A stretch of 64,000 nt of DNA, taken from positions 41,210-105,209 of the forward strand of contig CAWGEZ010000059.1 in assembly GCA_963821605.1 (NCBI GenBank). Reading direction: 5' to 3'. The stretch is from an uncultured delta proteobacterium (GTDB lineage: Bacteria; Desulfobacterota; Syntrophorhabdia; Syntrophorhabdales; WCHB1-27). The notes below the pieces were generated by a model. It had not been told where the DNA came from. It ran no database searches and saw only the letters and a list, made by a program, of their open reading frames with translations. Shown here in pieces: positions 18,604 through 30,491 of this stretch (position 1 is its first letter; each line of letters starts with the position of its first letter). The position numbers were made by a program, and so were the translations under genes.

Positions 18604-21210
18604 ATGAAATCGCTCATCCGGGCAAGCACAGGTATCGCCAGCTTTGATGAAGTCATCGATAGTCTAAGGACGGGAGATAACGTCGTCTGGCAGGTCGACG
18701 ACATCGAGGACTACGCCTCCTTCGTGACCTCCTTTGTAGACCGGGCTCTGGCGGAAGGCAAGAAAGTCAACTACATGCGGTTTGCCGAACACAGAGAGCT
18801 TGTGAAACCCGACCCAAGAATCAACATACACCGGCTCGATGCCTGGGCCGGGTTCGAACCCTTCTCCGCCCAGGTTCACAGCATCGCAACAGAGGAGGGA
18901 GAGGGTGTATATTACGTGTTTGATTCACTTTCGGACCTGCTCTCCGCGTGGGCCACAGACCTGATGATCGGAAATTTCTTCAGGATTACCTGTCCCTATC
19001 TTTTTCAACTCAACACCATTGCCTATTTCGGGCTGCTGAGGAACAGCCATTCCTTCAAGACCGTTGCAAGGATTCGTGAAACAACGCAGGTGCTGCTGGA
19101 CGTCTACAATAACCAGAGCGACCTTTATGTTCATCCTCTGAAGGTGAAAGGAAGACATTCACACACCATGTTTCTGCCGCACAAGAAAACCGAGGAGGGG
19201 TTCATCCCCGTGACGAGCAGTGTTGATGCTTCACGGCTGCTGACCTATATCTCGGGCAGGGAAACAGAGCGAGCCAGAAGGAACCTGGATTACTGGGACA
19301 GGCTTTTTCTGGACGTAGAGGTCTTGGTGCAGAAGGAAGACGGCGTGGAAGAACGGGAGATTGTGCTGGACCAGTTGTGCCAGATTATGATCGGCCGGGA
19401 GAAGAGAATACTGGATCTCGCGCGACAGAACTTCTCTCTTGATGATCTGCTCAACATCAAATCGCGGCTAATCGGCACCGGCTATATCGGGGGCAAGGCG
19501 GCCGGCATGTTGATCTCCAGAAAGATCCTCTTGAGGGATGGCTCTTTCGACTGGGCACGCTATCTGGAACCGCACGACTCCTTCTTCATCGGCTCCGATG
19601 TCTTTTATACGTACATTGTGGAGAACGGCTGGTGGAAGCTGCGGATGAAGCAGAAGACGGAAGAGGGCTACTTCGAAGTCGCGCGCGTGTTGCAAGAGCA
19701 GATGCTGGAAGGGTCATTCCCTGACGAAATTGAGGAGCAGTTCTGGCGCGTCATCGAGTACTTCGGCCAGTCGCCGATCATCGTCCGTTCGAGCAGTCTG
19801 CTCGAGGACGCATTCGGAAATGCCTTTGCGGGAAAATATGAGTCCATGTTCTGTGTCAACCAGGGCACGCCCGACCAGCGATACGAGGCGTTCACGGATT
19901 GCGTACGGCGAATTTTCGCAAGTACGATGAACGAGGACGCTCTCACATATCGACTGCAGCGGGGCTTGAGCCAGCAGGATGAACAGATGGCGCTTCTCGT
20001 ACAAAGGGTTTCAGGTTCTTACCGGGGCCGCTATTTCTTTCCTGACCTGGCCGGCGTGGGTGTTTCGTACAACACGTTTGTCTGGAAAAAGGGTATGAAC
20101 CCTGACGCGGGCACACTGAGGCTGGTAGTGGGCCTCGGTACAAGAGCCGTAAACCGGGTCGAGCACGATTACCCCAGGATTGTAGCGCTCGATGCTCCCC
20201 TTCTCCGGCCCCATGCGGGTCTTGGAGACACGAGGAAGTACTCTCAGCATGATGCGGATATCCTCGACATCGAGGCCAACGAGTTAAAGACTGTTCCTGT
20301 TGAAGAGATTATGAAGGGGTCCATGGATGCGACGGTGGTTGACCTCGTGAGCGTGAAGGACCTCGAAGTTGACCAGCAGTTGCGGGAAAAGGGCATAAGA
20401 GACAGGGAAGCCGTGATACTCACCTTCGATAAGCTTCTTTCGAAGAGTCCGTTCCCGGCAACCATGCAAAAAATGCTGAAGACGCTGGAGGCCACTTATC
20501 AATATCCGGTGGACATAGAGTTTACGGCAAATTACACAGGAAAGGGGAGCTTCCAGATCAACCTGGTTCAGTGCAGGCCTCTCCAGACTAAAGGCGAGGG
20601 GAAGCGGATTACCATCCCCAAACGCGTGGAACCCCGGGACACGCTGTTCCAGTCGAAGGGGAATTTCATGGGTGGCAACATCGGCCAGCCCATCAACCGG
20701 GTTGTTTACGTGGATCCGGAGGGTTATACCAAGCTTTCCCTTTCTGAAAAATATGATATTGCACGCCTGATAGGCAGACTGAACAGGGAGGCAGGGGGAA
20801 GAGAGAAAACCCCGACCCTGCTGATGGGTCCCGGCAGGTGGGGCACTACCACACCTTCTCTCGGTGTCCCTGTGAGATTCTCAGAGATTAACCACATCTC
20901 CGTCATTGTTGAGATTGAATACGAAGGTGGGAGTCTGGTGCCTGAGCTCTCCTTCGGCACCCATTTTTTTCAGGATCTCGTTGAAACCGATATCTTCTAC
21001 GTGGCTCTCTTCCCCGGGAAAGGGGATACTATGCTCAACAGAGAGTGGCTGGACAAGTCTGAAAACCTGTTAACGACACTCCTTCCTGAGAGCGCGAAGT
21101 ACCAGGACGTTGTAAGAGTGCTGGACGTAAAAGAGAGGAGACTCTACCTGATAGGAGACATCGTATCTCAAAGGGTGATCTGCTTCAGTTCATCGAAGAC
21201 AGACCAGTAG
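18604..21210 (+). CDS. fusion protein: KaiC/RecA-like N-domain lacking a Walker A, plus a PEP/pyruvate-binding (PPDK_N, ATP-grasp) domain
   Basis: 868 aa, intact. N-terminus STGIASFDEVIDSLRTGDNVVWQVDD sits where KaiC-like proteins carry GxxGxGKT. C-terminal part has YIGGKAAGML and IIVRSSSLLEDAFGNAFAGKYES, typical of the PPDK_N domain. RBS AGGAG lies 7 nt upstream. Confidence 0.8.
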   Translation: MKSLIRASTGIASFDEVIDSLRTGDNVVWQVDDIEDYASFVTSFVDRALAEGKKVNYMRFAEHRELVKPDPRINIHRLDAWAGFEPFSAQVHSIATEEGEGVYYVFDSLSDLLSAWATDLMIGNFFRITCPYLFQLNTIAYFGLLRNSHSFKTVARIRETTQVLLDVYNNQSDLYVHPLKVKGRHSHTMFLPHKKTEEGFIPVTSSVDASRLLTYISGRETERARRNLDYWDRLFLDVEVLVQKEDGVEEREIVLDQLCQIMIGREKRILDLARQNFSLDDLLNIKSRLIGTGYIGGKAAGMLISRKILLRDGSFDWARYLEPHDSFFIGSDVFYTYIVENGWWKLRMKQKTEEGYFEVARVLQEQMLEGSFPDEIEEQFWRVIEYFGQSPIIVRSSSLLEDAFGNAFAGKYESMFCVNQGTPDQRYEAFTDCVRRIFASTMNEDALTYRLQRGLSQQDEQMALLVQRVSGSYRGRYFFPDLAGVGVSYNTFVWKKGMNPDAGTLRLVVGLGTRAVNRVEHDYPRIVALDAPLLRPHAGLGDTRKYSQHDADILDIEANELKTVPVEEIMKGSMDATVVDLVSVKDLEVDQQLREKGIRDREAVILTFDKLLSKSPFPATMQKMLKTLEATYQYPVDIEFTANYTGKGSFQINLVQCRPLQTKGEGKRITIPKRVEPRDTLFQSKGNFMGGNIGQPINRVVYVDPEGYTKLSLSEKYDIARLIGRLNREAGGREKTPTLLMGPGRWGTTTPSLGVPVRFSEINHISVIVEIEYEGGSLVPELSFGTHFFQDLVETDIFYVALFPGKGDTMLNREWLDKSENLLTTLLPESAKYQDVVRVLDVKERRLYLIGDIVSQRVICFSSSKTDQ

Positions 21211-21294
21211 TCGTTCCCCTTCGAAGCCGACTGAACCTCTTGGAACAGAGAGGCGGCCCAGGCGTTAGCCACCTCCCCTGACAGCACAACCGGA

Positions 21295-22656
<1,362 letters not shown>

Positions 22657-22981
22657 TCAGCCTCCTTATATGTTGTGTTGGACATCTATTCCGCGGGCGC
22701 TGCCTGGCCTGGGTTCTTTATTACAACGATCTTTTCTTCCATCGGTGTCTCCCTCTTCCTTCAGCTTCGGACATTAGAAGAAACCGATATATAGAAAACC
22801 CGAAAGATTGAGGGTTTACAATCAGGTGGGAGATGTTTTATTCGTAAGGGTAAGTACTATTTTTGCTATCAGGGATTCCCCTATGGCTTCGCGGGGCACT
22901 CTGCACACGAAAAGGGCAGGCTTCGCCGGAGGAGATGTCCCCGGGCGGATATCAGTGGTGAGCCTTTAGGGTTGTCAGACA

Positions 22982-23665
22982 TCATTGAGAGTCACCCTGG
23001 GCCCATTGGATCGCGTACTTCAGTAAGTCGGTTGCGTTATTCAATCTCAGTTTCTCTTTGATGTGTGCCCTATACGACTCCACTGTTTTTACACTCAGGT
23101 GGAGCCGCTCCGCAATCTGCCGCGTTCCGAACCCCTGACCTATCAGGTGCAGTACGGTAAGCTCCCTGTCACTCAGCAGGGCCACGGGTGAAGCCGCTGT
23201 TTTGGTATCGCCGTCGACGAATTTCTCCAGCATCTTAGTAGCAATTTTGTTGCTGACAAAAATTTCTCCCGAGAGCACGTGACGGATGGCCACCAGCAGT
23301 TTATCTACCGCTTCCTGCTTCATGATGTATCCTCTGGCCCCGGCCCGGAGTGCACGTTCCGCAAAAAAAGATTCATCGTGCATGGAAACGACGAGCGTCG
23401 GAAGATCGCCGTAGCGCAATTTTATGGTCTTCAGCAATTCGACGCCATCGACACCGGGCAAAGAAATGTCCACAATAATAAGGTCGGGCTTGACTCTCTC
23501 GATCATCTCCAGGGCTTTCCCTGCGTCTTCCGCTTCTCCCTGTACCACAAGGTCAGCCTCCTGGTTGATGAGCATCGACAGCCCTTTTCGGAGGATCGGA
23601 TGATCGTCCACTATGAGGATCTTTTTCTTCGGGATCTCGTGGCGATTCAACCGTTTGTGCTCCAT
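22982..23665 (-). CDS. NarL/FixJ (LuxR-type) response regulator
   Basis: Start taken at MEHKRLN (ATG 23665-23663) behind GGGAGGAAGG. KILIVDDHPILRKGL, DLIIVDISLPGVDG and a C-terminal LuxR HTH (LSDRELTVLHLIGQGFGTRQIAERLHLSVKTVESYR). Confidence 0.9.
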   Translation of the reverse strand: MEHKRLNRHEIPKKKILIVDDHPILRKGLSMLINQEADLVVQGEAEDAGKALEMIERVKPDLIIVDISLPGVDGVELLKTIKLRYGDLPTLVVSMHDESFFAERALRAGARGYIMKQEAVDKLLVAIRHVLSGEIFVSNKIATKMLEKFVDGDTKTAASPVALLSDRELTVLHLIGQGFGTRQIAERLHLSVKTVESYRAHIKEKLRLNNATDLLKYAIQWAQGDSQ

Positions 23666-23678
23666 ACCTTCCTCCCGC

Positions 23679-25274
23679 TCAATTACTGGTCTTTGTCTGG
23701 AATGAGCAGACCACTTGTGTGCCTCCATCTTTTCCGATCCTGATATCAAGAGCTGCTCCGACCATAGAGGCACGGTAATTCATGATGTTTAATCCCATGC
23801 CCTTTCCCTGAATGCGCTTGTTGTTGAAACCGAGGCCGTTGTCTTCCACGGACAGAACGGCCGCTTTCCCATCGCCCTGGAGCGATATCAGAATGGTATC
23901 TGCTTTACCATGCTTGATAGCGTTATTCAGAGCCTCTTGGACGATCCTGTAAAGGTGAGTAGCCGTGACGTCGTCATCTATGGCGATCGAACGATCATAC
24001 TCAAGCCGGCAGGTGATGCCGAAGAATTTTTCGGTGTTGGCGGCCAGTTCAGAAAGGGCGCGTATAAGGCCACCCGCTTCAAGCCGGACGGGATTGAGTC
24101 CCCTGGCGAACCCTCGGGTGAGGGTAATAGCCTGATCAATAAGATGGACGATCTCGGTGGCGGCCACAGCTTCCACCGGCAGGCCCGATATTATTTTGTT
24201 TTCAAGGACCTTACTCAGGAAGCCGACTCCGGCAAGATGCTGGCAGAGACTGTCATGCAAATCCTGTCCGATTCTTCGCTGCTCTCTGCCGCTTATCTCC
24301 AGGATCTCCCTTTCTAAGCGTTTACGCAGTGTGATCTCCCGCACCATGCCGAGAACTTCGTTCTCGCGGCTCTTAACGATGCGCACCTCGAAATCCCGGC
24401 CTGCTCCGTTGACAGAGATGTGCTGCTCAAAGACCTGCGGTTTACCCGTATCGAGCGCGCGCCTCACATAGGCCATATCCTGGTCAAGCACCCTTCTCGG
24501 TATGTTCTTCTTCTCGTCAGCAAGGGTATAAATGGTCTTGCCCAGCAGTTCTGTAGCTAATGGCCGGAGGTCGGAAAACTTCCCTTCGTGAAAACCCAGC
24601 AGGGTGCCACGGCTGTCAACCTGAAACATCAAGTCCGGTATCGCATTGAGCAGCGCCTTGTTATGCGCTTCACTTTCCTGCAATGCCCTTTCTGCATTCT
24701 TGCGTTCTACGATTTCCCCTATCCGCTCCGCGATGCCATTGATCAGGCTTCGCTCCTCTTTGAGAAAGGGGCCTTCCTCCCTTTCGGGCTTCTCCCGCAG
24801 GTAGCAGACATCGAGAGAGCCTATTACGCTGCCGTGGACGAGAATACTCTGGGACTGGACCCAAGGCGTCTCCCTGAAGTTATCGGTCTTGAAAATACGC
24901 TTCTCCAGAACAATCCGGCTACCCGTGATGTCTGGATACTGCCACGCATCAGGGATGATATCTACTGTCCCCTGCAATATTTCGTCGAGCGACGCACCTT
25001 GCTTCTCAACCATGCTTGATATGGAGTAGAGGCAGTTTAATTCCTTGACCCGCTCACCCAGGTCGTACGCCAGCCTTTCCAGCATCTGCTGCGACTGTCT
25101 GCCCTGACCTCCCCGTGCTTGTTTGTGCTTGCCGGCCTTTCGTTTGGCCCTGGGCGAGGCAGCAGTCAGTTCATTGTGAGTCTTACCCGAGGGCGCCGGA
25201 ACAACGGGGACCCGCTTGGCGGTTGCCTCTGGGTTCCCGGTCTCCTGTCTCCGCTTTTTCCGTGGATTTAACAT
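23679..25274 (-). CDS. cytoplasmic sensor histidine kinase (GAF-like + PAS + HisKA_3 + HATPase_c)
   Basis: 531 aa with no TM segments and a Lys/Arg-rich N-terminus. RRIGQDLHDSLCQHLAG (HisKA_3 H-box), EALNNAIKHGKA and DNGLGF...GMGLNIM. Confidence 0.9.
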   Translation of the reverse strand: MLNPRKKRRQETGNPEATAKRVPVVPAPSGKTHNELTAASPRAKRKAGKHKQARGGQGRQSQQMLERLAYDLGERVKELNCLYSISSMVEKQGASLDEILQGTVDIIPDAWQYPDITGSRIVLEKRIFKTDNFRETPWVQSQSILVHGSVIGSLDVCYLREKPEREEGPFLKEERSLINGIAERIGEIVERKNAERALQESEAHNKALLNAIPDLMFQVDSRGTLLGFHEGKFSDLRPLATELLGKTIYTLADEKKNIPRRVLDQDMAYVRRALDTGKPQVFEQHISVNGAGRDFEVRIVKSRENEVLGMVREITLRKRLEREILEISGREQRRIGQDLHDSLCQHLAGVGFLSKVLENKIISGLPVEAVAATEIVHLIDQAITLTRGFARGLNPVRLEAGGLIRALSELAANTEKFFGITCRLEYDRSIAIDDDVTATHLYRIVQEALNNAIKHGKADTILISLQGDGKAAVLSVEDNGLGFNNKRIQGKGMGLNIMNYRASMVGAALDIRIGKDGGTQVVCSFQTKTSN

Positions 25275-25570
25275 GCTCTGCTTCTCGATCCACCCTCAAG
25301 CTGCTCCTGATTATAGCACATGTTTTTAAGAAGTCGAACCTGGAGAGGGCAGGCGAAAGAGCGGCACAATCCACGTCTGGCGGTTCGGCTTGGCCTGCCG
25401 GAGCTACGGTCAACCCGCGGCAGCTTCGCGACTTCAGGTATGCCAGGCCGTTGATTGCATTGTTGATTATGATGAGCAAAATGTGCTAGAACCGTCAGGC
25501 AGAGGCTGCAAAGCCGGTTGGGTCACGTTCAGGGCAAGCGGAGAATAAGCAACATGAAAGGAGGTTGCGC

Positions 25571-26587
25571 GTGAGGCTACCCTATTTTGATTATCACGAA
25601 CCTGCGACACTCGAAGAGGCTCTTGCGATCATGGCGGAGCATTCTGGAGAGCTGCGCATCCTGGGCGGTGGGACTGAGCTCCTGCCGCTCATGAAGTTTG
25701 GCCTCGTGAAGCCTTCGCATATCATGAATCCGGGAAATGTCCCGAGCTTGCGAGGCATATCAGCGGAAGACGGCGCTCTTCGCATCGGCGCCATGACAAC
25801 GCTGGCAGAACTATCTGCATCACATGAGATACGTCGTACGTTCAACGCTATGCATGAGGCTGTAGAATCGGTTGCCGCACCGCCCATACGAAACGTCGCC
25901 ACCCTGGGCGGCAATCTTTGTCAGAACAGTCGATGTCTTTTTTACAACCAATCGGAGGTCTGGAGAGAAGAAAAGCCCCCCTGCTTCAAGGCCGGTGGAG
26001 ATGTCTGTCTCGCTGTACCCGGAGGGAAAAAGTGCTTCAGTGTCTACCAGGGCGATCTCGCTCCGGCAATCACGGCCTTAGGCGGCAAAATCAAAGTTGA
26101 GAAGGTCGGCTCCTCTCGGCTTATTTCTGCGGATGAACTTTTTAGCGGTGATGCAAAGCAACCGATCGCGCTGCGTGATGACGAGATGATAACTGCGGTG
26201 CTGCTTCCCCTGCCGGAAGGCCGGGTGGGCTCGGCATACAGGAAGATGAGGATGAGGTCTGCGATGGATTATCCTCTACTTTCGGTTGCTGCGGTGGTCT
26301 CCGTTAATGACGCGGGAAGGATCAATGCTGCACGTGTTGTCATTGGCGCAGCCGGCCCCGCTCCTTTAATCGCGCATGAAGCGGGAGCCCTGCTTCTGGG
26401 TCAGGACCCACGAAAAGTGAACCTGGATAAGGTGGGCCAGACTGCGGCCAAAAGGACACAGATGGTAGATAACCTTGTATTGCCGGCGTCCTACAGGAAA
26501 AAGATGATCCCGGTCTTTGTCGGAAGGGCCGTCGAGCAGGCCATGGAACGTGCGATTCAGACTGCTCCGGGAAAGGAGAACCCGTGA
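25571..26587 (+). CDS. FAD-binding subunit of an XDH-family Mo enzyme with an inserted 4-Cys loop (HcrB-like)
   Basis: AAAGGAGG lies 6 nt before GTG 25571 (TTG 25565 is the ORF-track start). LGGGTELLPL and ATLGGNLC are followed by CLFYNQSEVWREEKPPCFKAGGDVCLAVPGGKKC, i.e. C-x15-C-x7-C-x8-C. Confidence 0.85.
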   Translation: MRLPYFDYHEPATLEEALAIMAEHSGELRILGGGTELLPLMKFGLVKPSHIMNPGNVPSLRGISAEDGALRIGAMTTLAELSASHEIRRTFNAMHEAVESVAAPPIRNVATLGGNLCQNSRCLFYNQSEVWREEKPPCFKAGGDVCLAVPGGKKCFSVYQGDLAPAITALGGKIKVEKVGSSRLISADELFSGDAKQPIALRDDEMITAVLLPLPEGRVGSAYRKMRMRSAMDYPLLSVAAVVSVNDAGRINAARVVIGAAGPAPLIAHEAGALLLGQDPRKVNLDKVGQTAAKRTQMVDNLVLPASYRKKMIPVFVGRAVEQAMERAIQTAPGKENP

Positions 26588-27069
26588 CCAAGACGATGAA
26601 ACAGTTTATAACGCTGCGCGTTAACGGAGAGGATCATGAGGTTGCGGTATCACCAAACAGGACGCTTCTCGAAGTGCTCCGTGAAGACCTTGCGCTCACC
26701 GGGACAAAAGAGGGGTGCGACGATGGGGTATGCGGCACCTGCACGGTGCTCGTCAACGGCAAGCCCGTGAGGGCCTGTCTGCTCCTTGCGATTCAGGCCC
26801 AGGGCAGCCAGATCACGACGATAGAGGGACTGGCCGAAGGCGAAAGACTCCATCCTATTCAACAGGCCTTTATAGATCACGGGGCCATCCAGTGCGGCTA
26901 CTGCACGCCGGGGATGATCCTCGCAGCCAAGGCCCTACTCGAAGAAACGGCCCAGCCCACCGACCAGGAGATCAAACGCGCCATCTCAGGCAATTTCTGC
27001 CGGTGCACGGGCTACAACAAGATCGTAGAGGCAATCGGGTCTGCCGCCCGGATGATCGGAGGTCGCTAA
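26584..27069 (+). CDS. [2Fe-2S] small subunit of an XDH-family enzyme
   Basis: 161 aa. GCDDGVCGTCTVLVNGKPVRAC, QCGYCTPGMILAAKALL and GNFCRCTGYNKIVEAI. Confidence 0.92.
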   Translation: MTKTMKQFITLRVNGEDHEVAVSPNRTLLEVLREDLALTGTKEGCDDGVCGTCTVLVNGKPVRACLLLAIQAQGSQITTIEGLAEGERLHPIQQAFIDHGAIQCGYCTPGMILAAKALLEETAQPTDQEIKRAISGNFCRCTGYNKIVEAIGSAARMIGGR

Positions 27070-27071
27070 CT

Positions 27072-29404
27072 ATGGAGGAGCTTCTCTATGTGGGCAAATC
27101 GGTCCCCCGGAAGGATGGCCCGGACAAAGCAACGGGAAGGGCCCTTTATACGGTAGACATCGCTCTTCCGGGCATGCTCTGCGGCAAGATCCTGAGAAGC
27201 CCGCACCCGCACGCAAAGATCCTCGGTATAGATACGAGCAAGGCGGAGCGTTTGCCCGGCGTGAAGGCCATTGTAACCGCAAAGGACTCGCTGAAAATAA
27301 AACATGGTTTTGTCGAAACGCCCAGGTATCCGGCTGATCAGTACCCGATTGCCGTCGACCGCGTGCGCTACGTGGGTGAGGAGATTGCAGGCGTGGCCGC
27401 CATAGACGAGCCGACAGCAGAAGAGGCGCTGCGTTTAATCGAAGTTGAGTACGAGCAGCTTCCTGCTGTATTTGACGTCGAGGCAGCCATGGGACTCGAT
27501 GCACCGGAGATCCATCCTTCACATCCGAAGGTGGCGGATCCTTACAAGAACATCGGCGGCAAGACAGAGACAGCATGGGGAGACGTAGAGGCCGCTTTTC
27601 GTGACTCCTATCTCATACGGGAAGACAGGTTCGTGAGCCAGCTGCGCACACATGCTTACATGGAGCCTCAGGTAACGGTTGCGAGCTATGACTATTCAGG
27701 AAAACTGAACGTCTGGACGTCGGGCATGGGCGTTTTTCTCAAGCGCGCCAAACTGGCAAGAACACTGGGGCTGCCGTTTGGCAGGGTGCGCGTGCTCAAG
27801 TCCTGGGTGGGGGGCGCATTTGGCGGCAAGGTCGACCTCTTTCACCACGAGTATATTGCATCGCTCCTTTCCATGAAATCGCATCTGCCGGTAAAGATCG
27901 TCTATACGCGCGAAGAGGTCTTCAAATTCGCGCGCCACGGTCAGCCGTTGATTATGGAGATCAAGACGGGCGTGGCACGGGACGGGACGATCGTGGCTCA
28001 GCACATCCGCACCGTCAACGACAGCGGCGGTTACCGGGGGAGCGGCGTTGTGGTGATCTTTTTCGCCTGGGGATACGCCATGCTTCCCTACCGTATTCCC
28101 AACCTGAAGTACGAGGGCTATTCGATCTACACGAACAACACGGTCCACTGCCCCCAGCGCGGACACGGCGCTCCTCAAATGCGCTTCGCGCTCGAATCAC
28201 AACTGGACATGCTTGCGGAGGAATTGGGCATCGATCCCATCGAAATACGCCTGAGGAACGCCCGTAGACCGGGCGAGATACTTCCCAATGGCGATCCGCT
28301 CAAGAACTACGGCCTTATCGAATGTATCCGACAGGTGGCCGCGGCGACCGATTTCAGGAAAAAGGATCGGCAAGGCCAAGCGGGAGCGGGAGAAGGGATC
28401 GAAGATCAAGCATGGTATCGGTATGGGTGTCAGTTCCTACATGGGCGGTTCTCTTGTTTATCCGAACAGCTCATCGGTGATCGTGAAACTGAATGAGGAC
28501 GCAACGGTCACGCTGATCACAGGGGCGCTCGATATCGGCCAGGGCGCCGAGACCATTCTCTCGCAGATCGTGGCGGAGGAATTGGCGATTCCCATGGAAG
28601 ATATCCAGGTACTCGCTGCTGACACGGAGACCACGACGCAGGACATCGGCTCGTGGATAAGCGGTCTTACTTATGTCACAGGGAATGCAGCAAAAAGGGC
28701 TGCCGAGAGCGCCATGAAAAAACTCCTGGAAGTTGCTGCCGAGGAACTGGACGCGGACGTAGCTGATCTCGAAGCGAAGAACAAGGAGATTTTCGTGAGC
28801 GGGAGCGCCGAGAGAAAAATCACCTATGCAACGCGATTGCGGCAAGCTTCGAAAAAAGATGGCGACACGATTATCGGCGAAGGTCACTTCAGGACGGTCA
28901 AGGATGTGCCTACTCATCCCAGCCTTGCGACGGCCAAGGGCAGGTGGTCGGAGAATTATACGTCCGATGCGCAAATAGCTGAAGTGGAAGTCGATATGGA
29001 GACGGGCATGGTGAGGGTGGTCAAGGCAATTATGGCTCATGACTGCGGCTTTGCCATCAATCCGCAGTTCGTCGAGGGACAGATCGACGGGCAGATCTCG
29101 ATGGCGCAGGGCCATGCCTTGACTGAGGAGGTGCTTCTTAAGGAGGGCTGTGTCATTAATCCCTCCTTTCTCGAATATAAGATTCCCTGCGCTCCCGACA
29201 TGGTAGAAACAGAGCAGATCCACGTTACGACCGAGAAGTACAGCAAGGGGCAGACATTCAACAGTAAGGAAGTGGGCGAAGGGCACGTAGCGGGCTTCCT
29301 TGCGGCAGTGGCCAATGCGGTCTATGACGCGACGGGAGTGCGCGTCAGAGGAGCTTCCGATCTATCCGCACAAGATCATAGAAGGCTTGGGCCAAAAGAA
29401 GTAG
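27072..29404 (+). CDS. molybdopterin-binding large subunit of an XDH-family enzyme; frame switches near 28362 and 29350
   Basis: MEELLYVGKSVPRKDGPDKATGRALYTVDIALPGMLCGKILRSPHPHAKI, GGAFGGKVD, QRGHGAPQMRFALESQ, then (ORF 28288-) DIGQGAETILSQIVAEEL and AHDCGFAINPQFVEGQIDGQ. The reconstructed end is ...GVRVRELPIYPHKIIEGLGQKK*. Confidence 0.88.
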
Positions 29405-29462
29405 CTTGCAGAATAGGCCCCTCGCGCCCCATCAATTCTTCGATTCTCTTATCATCGCCCCA

Positions 29463-30491
29463 TCAATTCTGCTTGAAGAGTATGTCCTTGAGCTTTGTCT
29501 TGGTGGCGGCGTCCAGCTTCGCAGAGCCGGCCACGGCGGCCGTCATCTCATCGCCGTTCGTTGGATCGAGGGTCATCTGCATTTTATCGACCTCAGCCAG
29601 GAACTCGCTATCTTTCATCGTCTCCTGGAAAGCCATGCGCAGTGTGTCGACGCGCTCCTTCGGCGTTCCAGGCGGAACGACAAATGGCCTCGAATAGTCA
29701 TTCGCGTAATGAGCCGCAACCTGGATGAGCTTTTTCTGCTCGTCGGTCTTTGCAAAATCGATCATCCTCGGAACATTCGGGAGCTCTTTGAGCGGCTTCG
29801 GAGTGCACTGGACGACGACGGTCATTTCACCCATCTCCAGCGCCCTCTTCCGGTTTGTCTTCACGTTGTCCCAGGACGGAGGCCCGCCCGCCAGTTCACC
29901 GCTATCCGTGGCGATGAGGATGTCGGCCGTACCCTTGTAGCCGGTGATGATCTGCGTGGGAAAGCCCAGCACATCTTTCATTAACCGGTCCATGTTGTCG
30001 ACGAAGTTTCCGGGCACACAGCCGCCGATCTTGACGGGTGCAAGCGAGGTCCGCCACTTGTCGGCTGAGGTGATGCCGCTTTTTTTACCGAAAACAAAGA
30101 CGGAATTCTCCTTATTGGCAGCGCCGATGTAAATAAACTTCTGGGGATCAAAATCATACCCCGGCTGGCCCATCATTTGCCCCAGGATAAGCCCGCCGTT
30201 GATGTGGCCAAGGGTCAGTCCGTCCGGCTTGGTCCCCTTGAAGAGCTGATTCGCTTGTATGAGACCGCCCGCCCCGGTAACGTTCTCCACAATGACTGTG
30301 GGATTACCCGGGATGTGTTTCCCTAGGTGACGAGCAACCACCCTTGCCCAGAGGTCAAAACCTCCGCCTGCCGAAAAGCCCACGCTAACGCGCAGCGTCT
30401 TGCCCTGGTAGAACGGGGGCGCTGCGTATGATGTCATAGAGATAAAGCCCAGCAGTACCACTACCGTCACGAAAACTGCGAGTCGCTTCAT
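29463..30491 (-). CDS. Bug/TctC-family periplasmic solute-binding protein, orphan (paralog 1)
   Basis: 342 aa with a signal peptide (MKRLAVFVTVVVLLGFISMTSYA). LRVSVGFSAGGGFDLWARVVARHLGKHIPGNPTVIVENVTGAGGLI fits the Bug-family pattern. Paralog of 60867-61884. Confidence 0.75.
   Translation of the reverse strand: MKRLAVFVTVVVLLGFISMTSYAAPPFYQGKTLRVSVGFSAGGGFDLWARVVARHLGKHIPGNPTVIVENVTGAGGLIQANQLFKGTKPDGLTLGHINGGLILGQMMGQPGYDFDPQKFIYIGAANKENSVFVFGKKSGITSADKWRTSLAPVKIGGCVPGNFVDNMDRLMKDVLGFPTQIITGYKGTADILIATDSGELAGGPPSWDNVKTNRKRALEMGEMTVVVQCTPKPLKELPNVPRMIDFAKTDEQKKLIQVAAHYANDYSRPFVVPPGTPKERVDTLRMAFQETMKDSEFLAEVDKMQMTLDPTNGDEMTAAVAGSAKLDAATKTKLKDILFKQN

Noticed and set aside
25446-25459. Sigma54-like element GGCCGTTGATTGCA upstream of XDH set 1.
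   Set aside because: The GG-to-GC spacing is one nucleotide short of the -24/-12 consensus, and the -24 half is weak. No enhancer-binding-protein gene is adjacent. It would only work if an indel error sits inside it.
29425-29470. 15-nt perfect direct repeat CGCCCCATCAATTCT (29425-29439 and 29456-29470) at the convergent gene ends.
   Set aside because: It is short and occurs only twice. The second copy is just the stop-codon region of the Bug gene. It is probably a small local duplication without obvious function.
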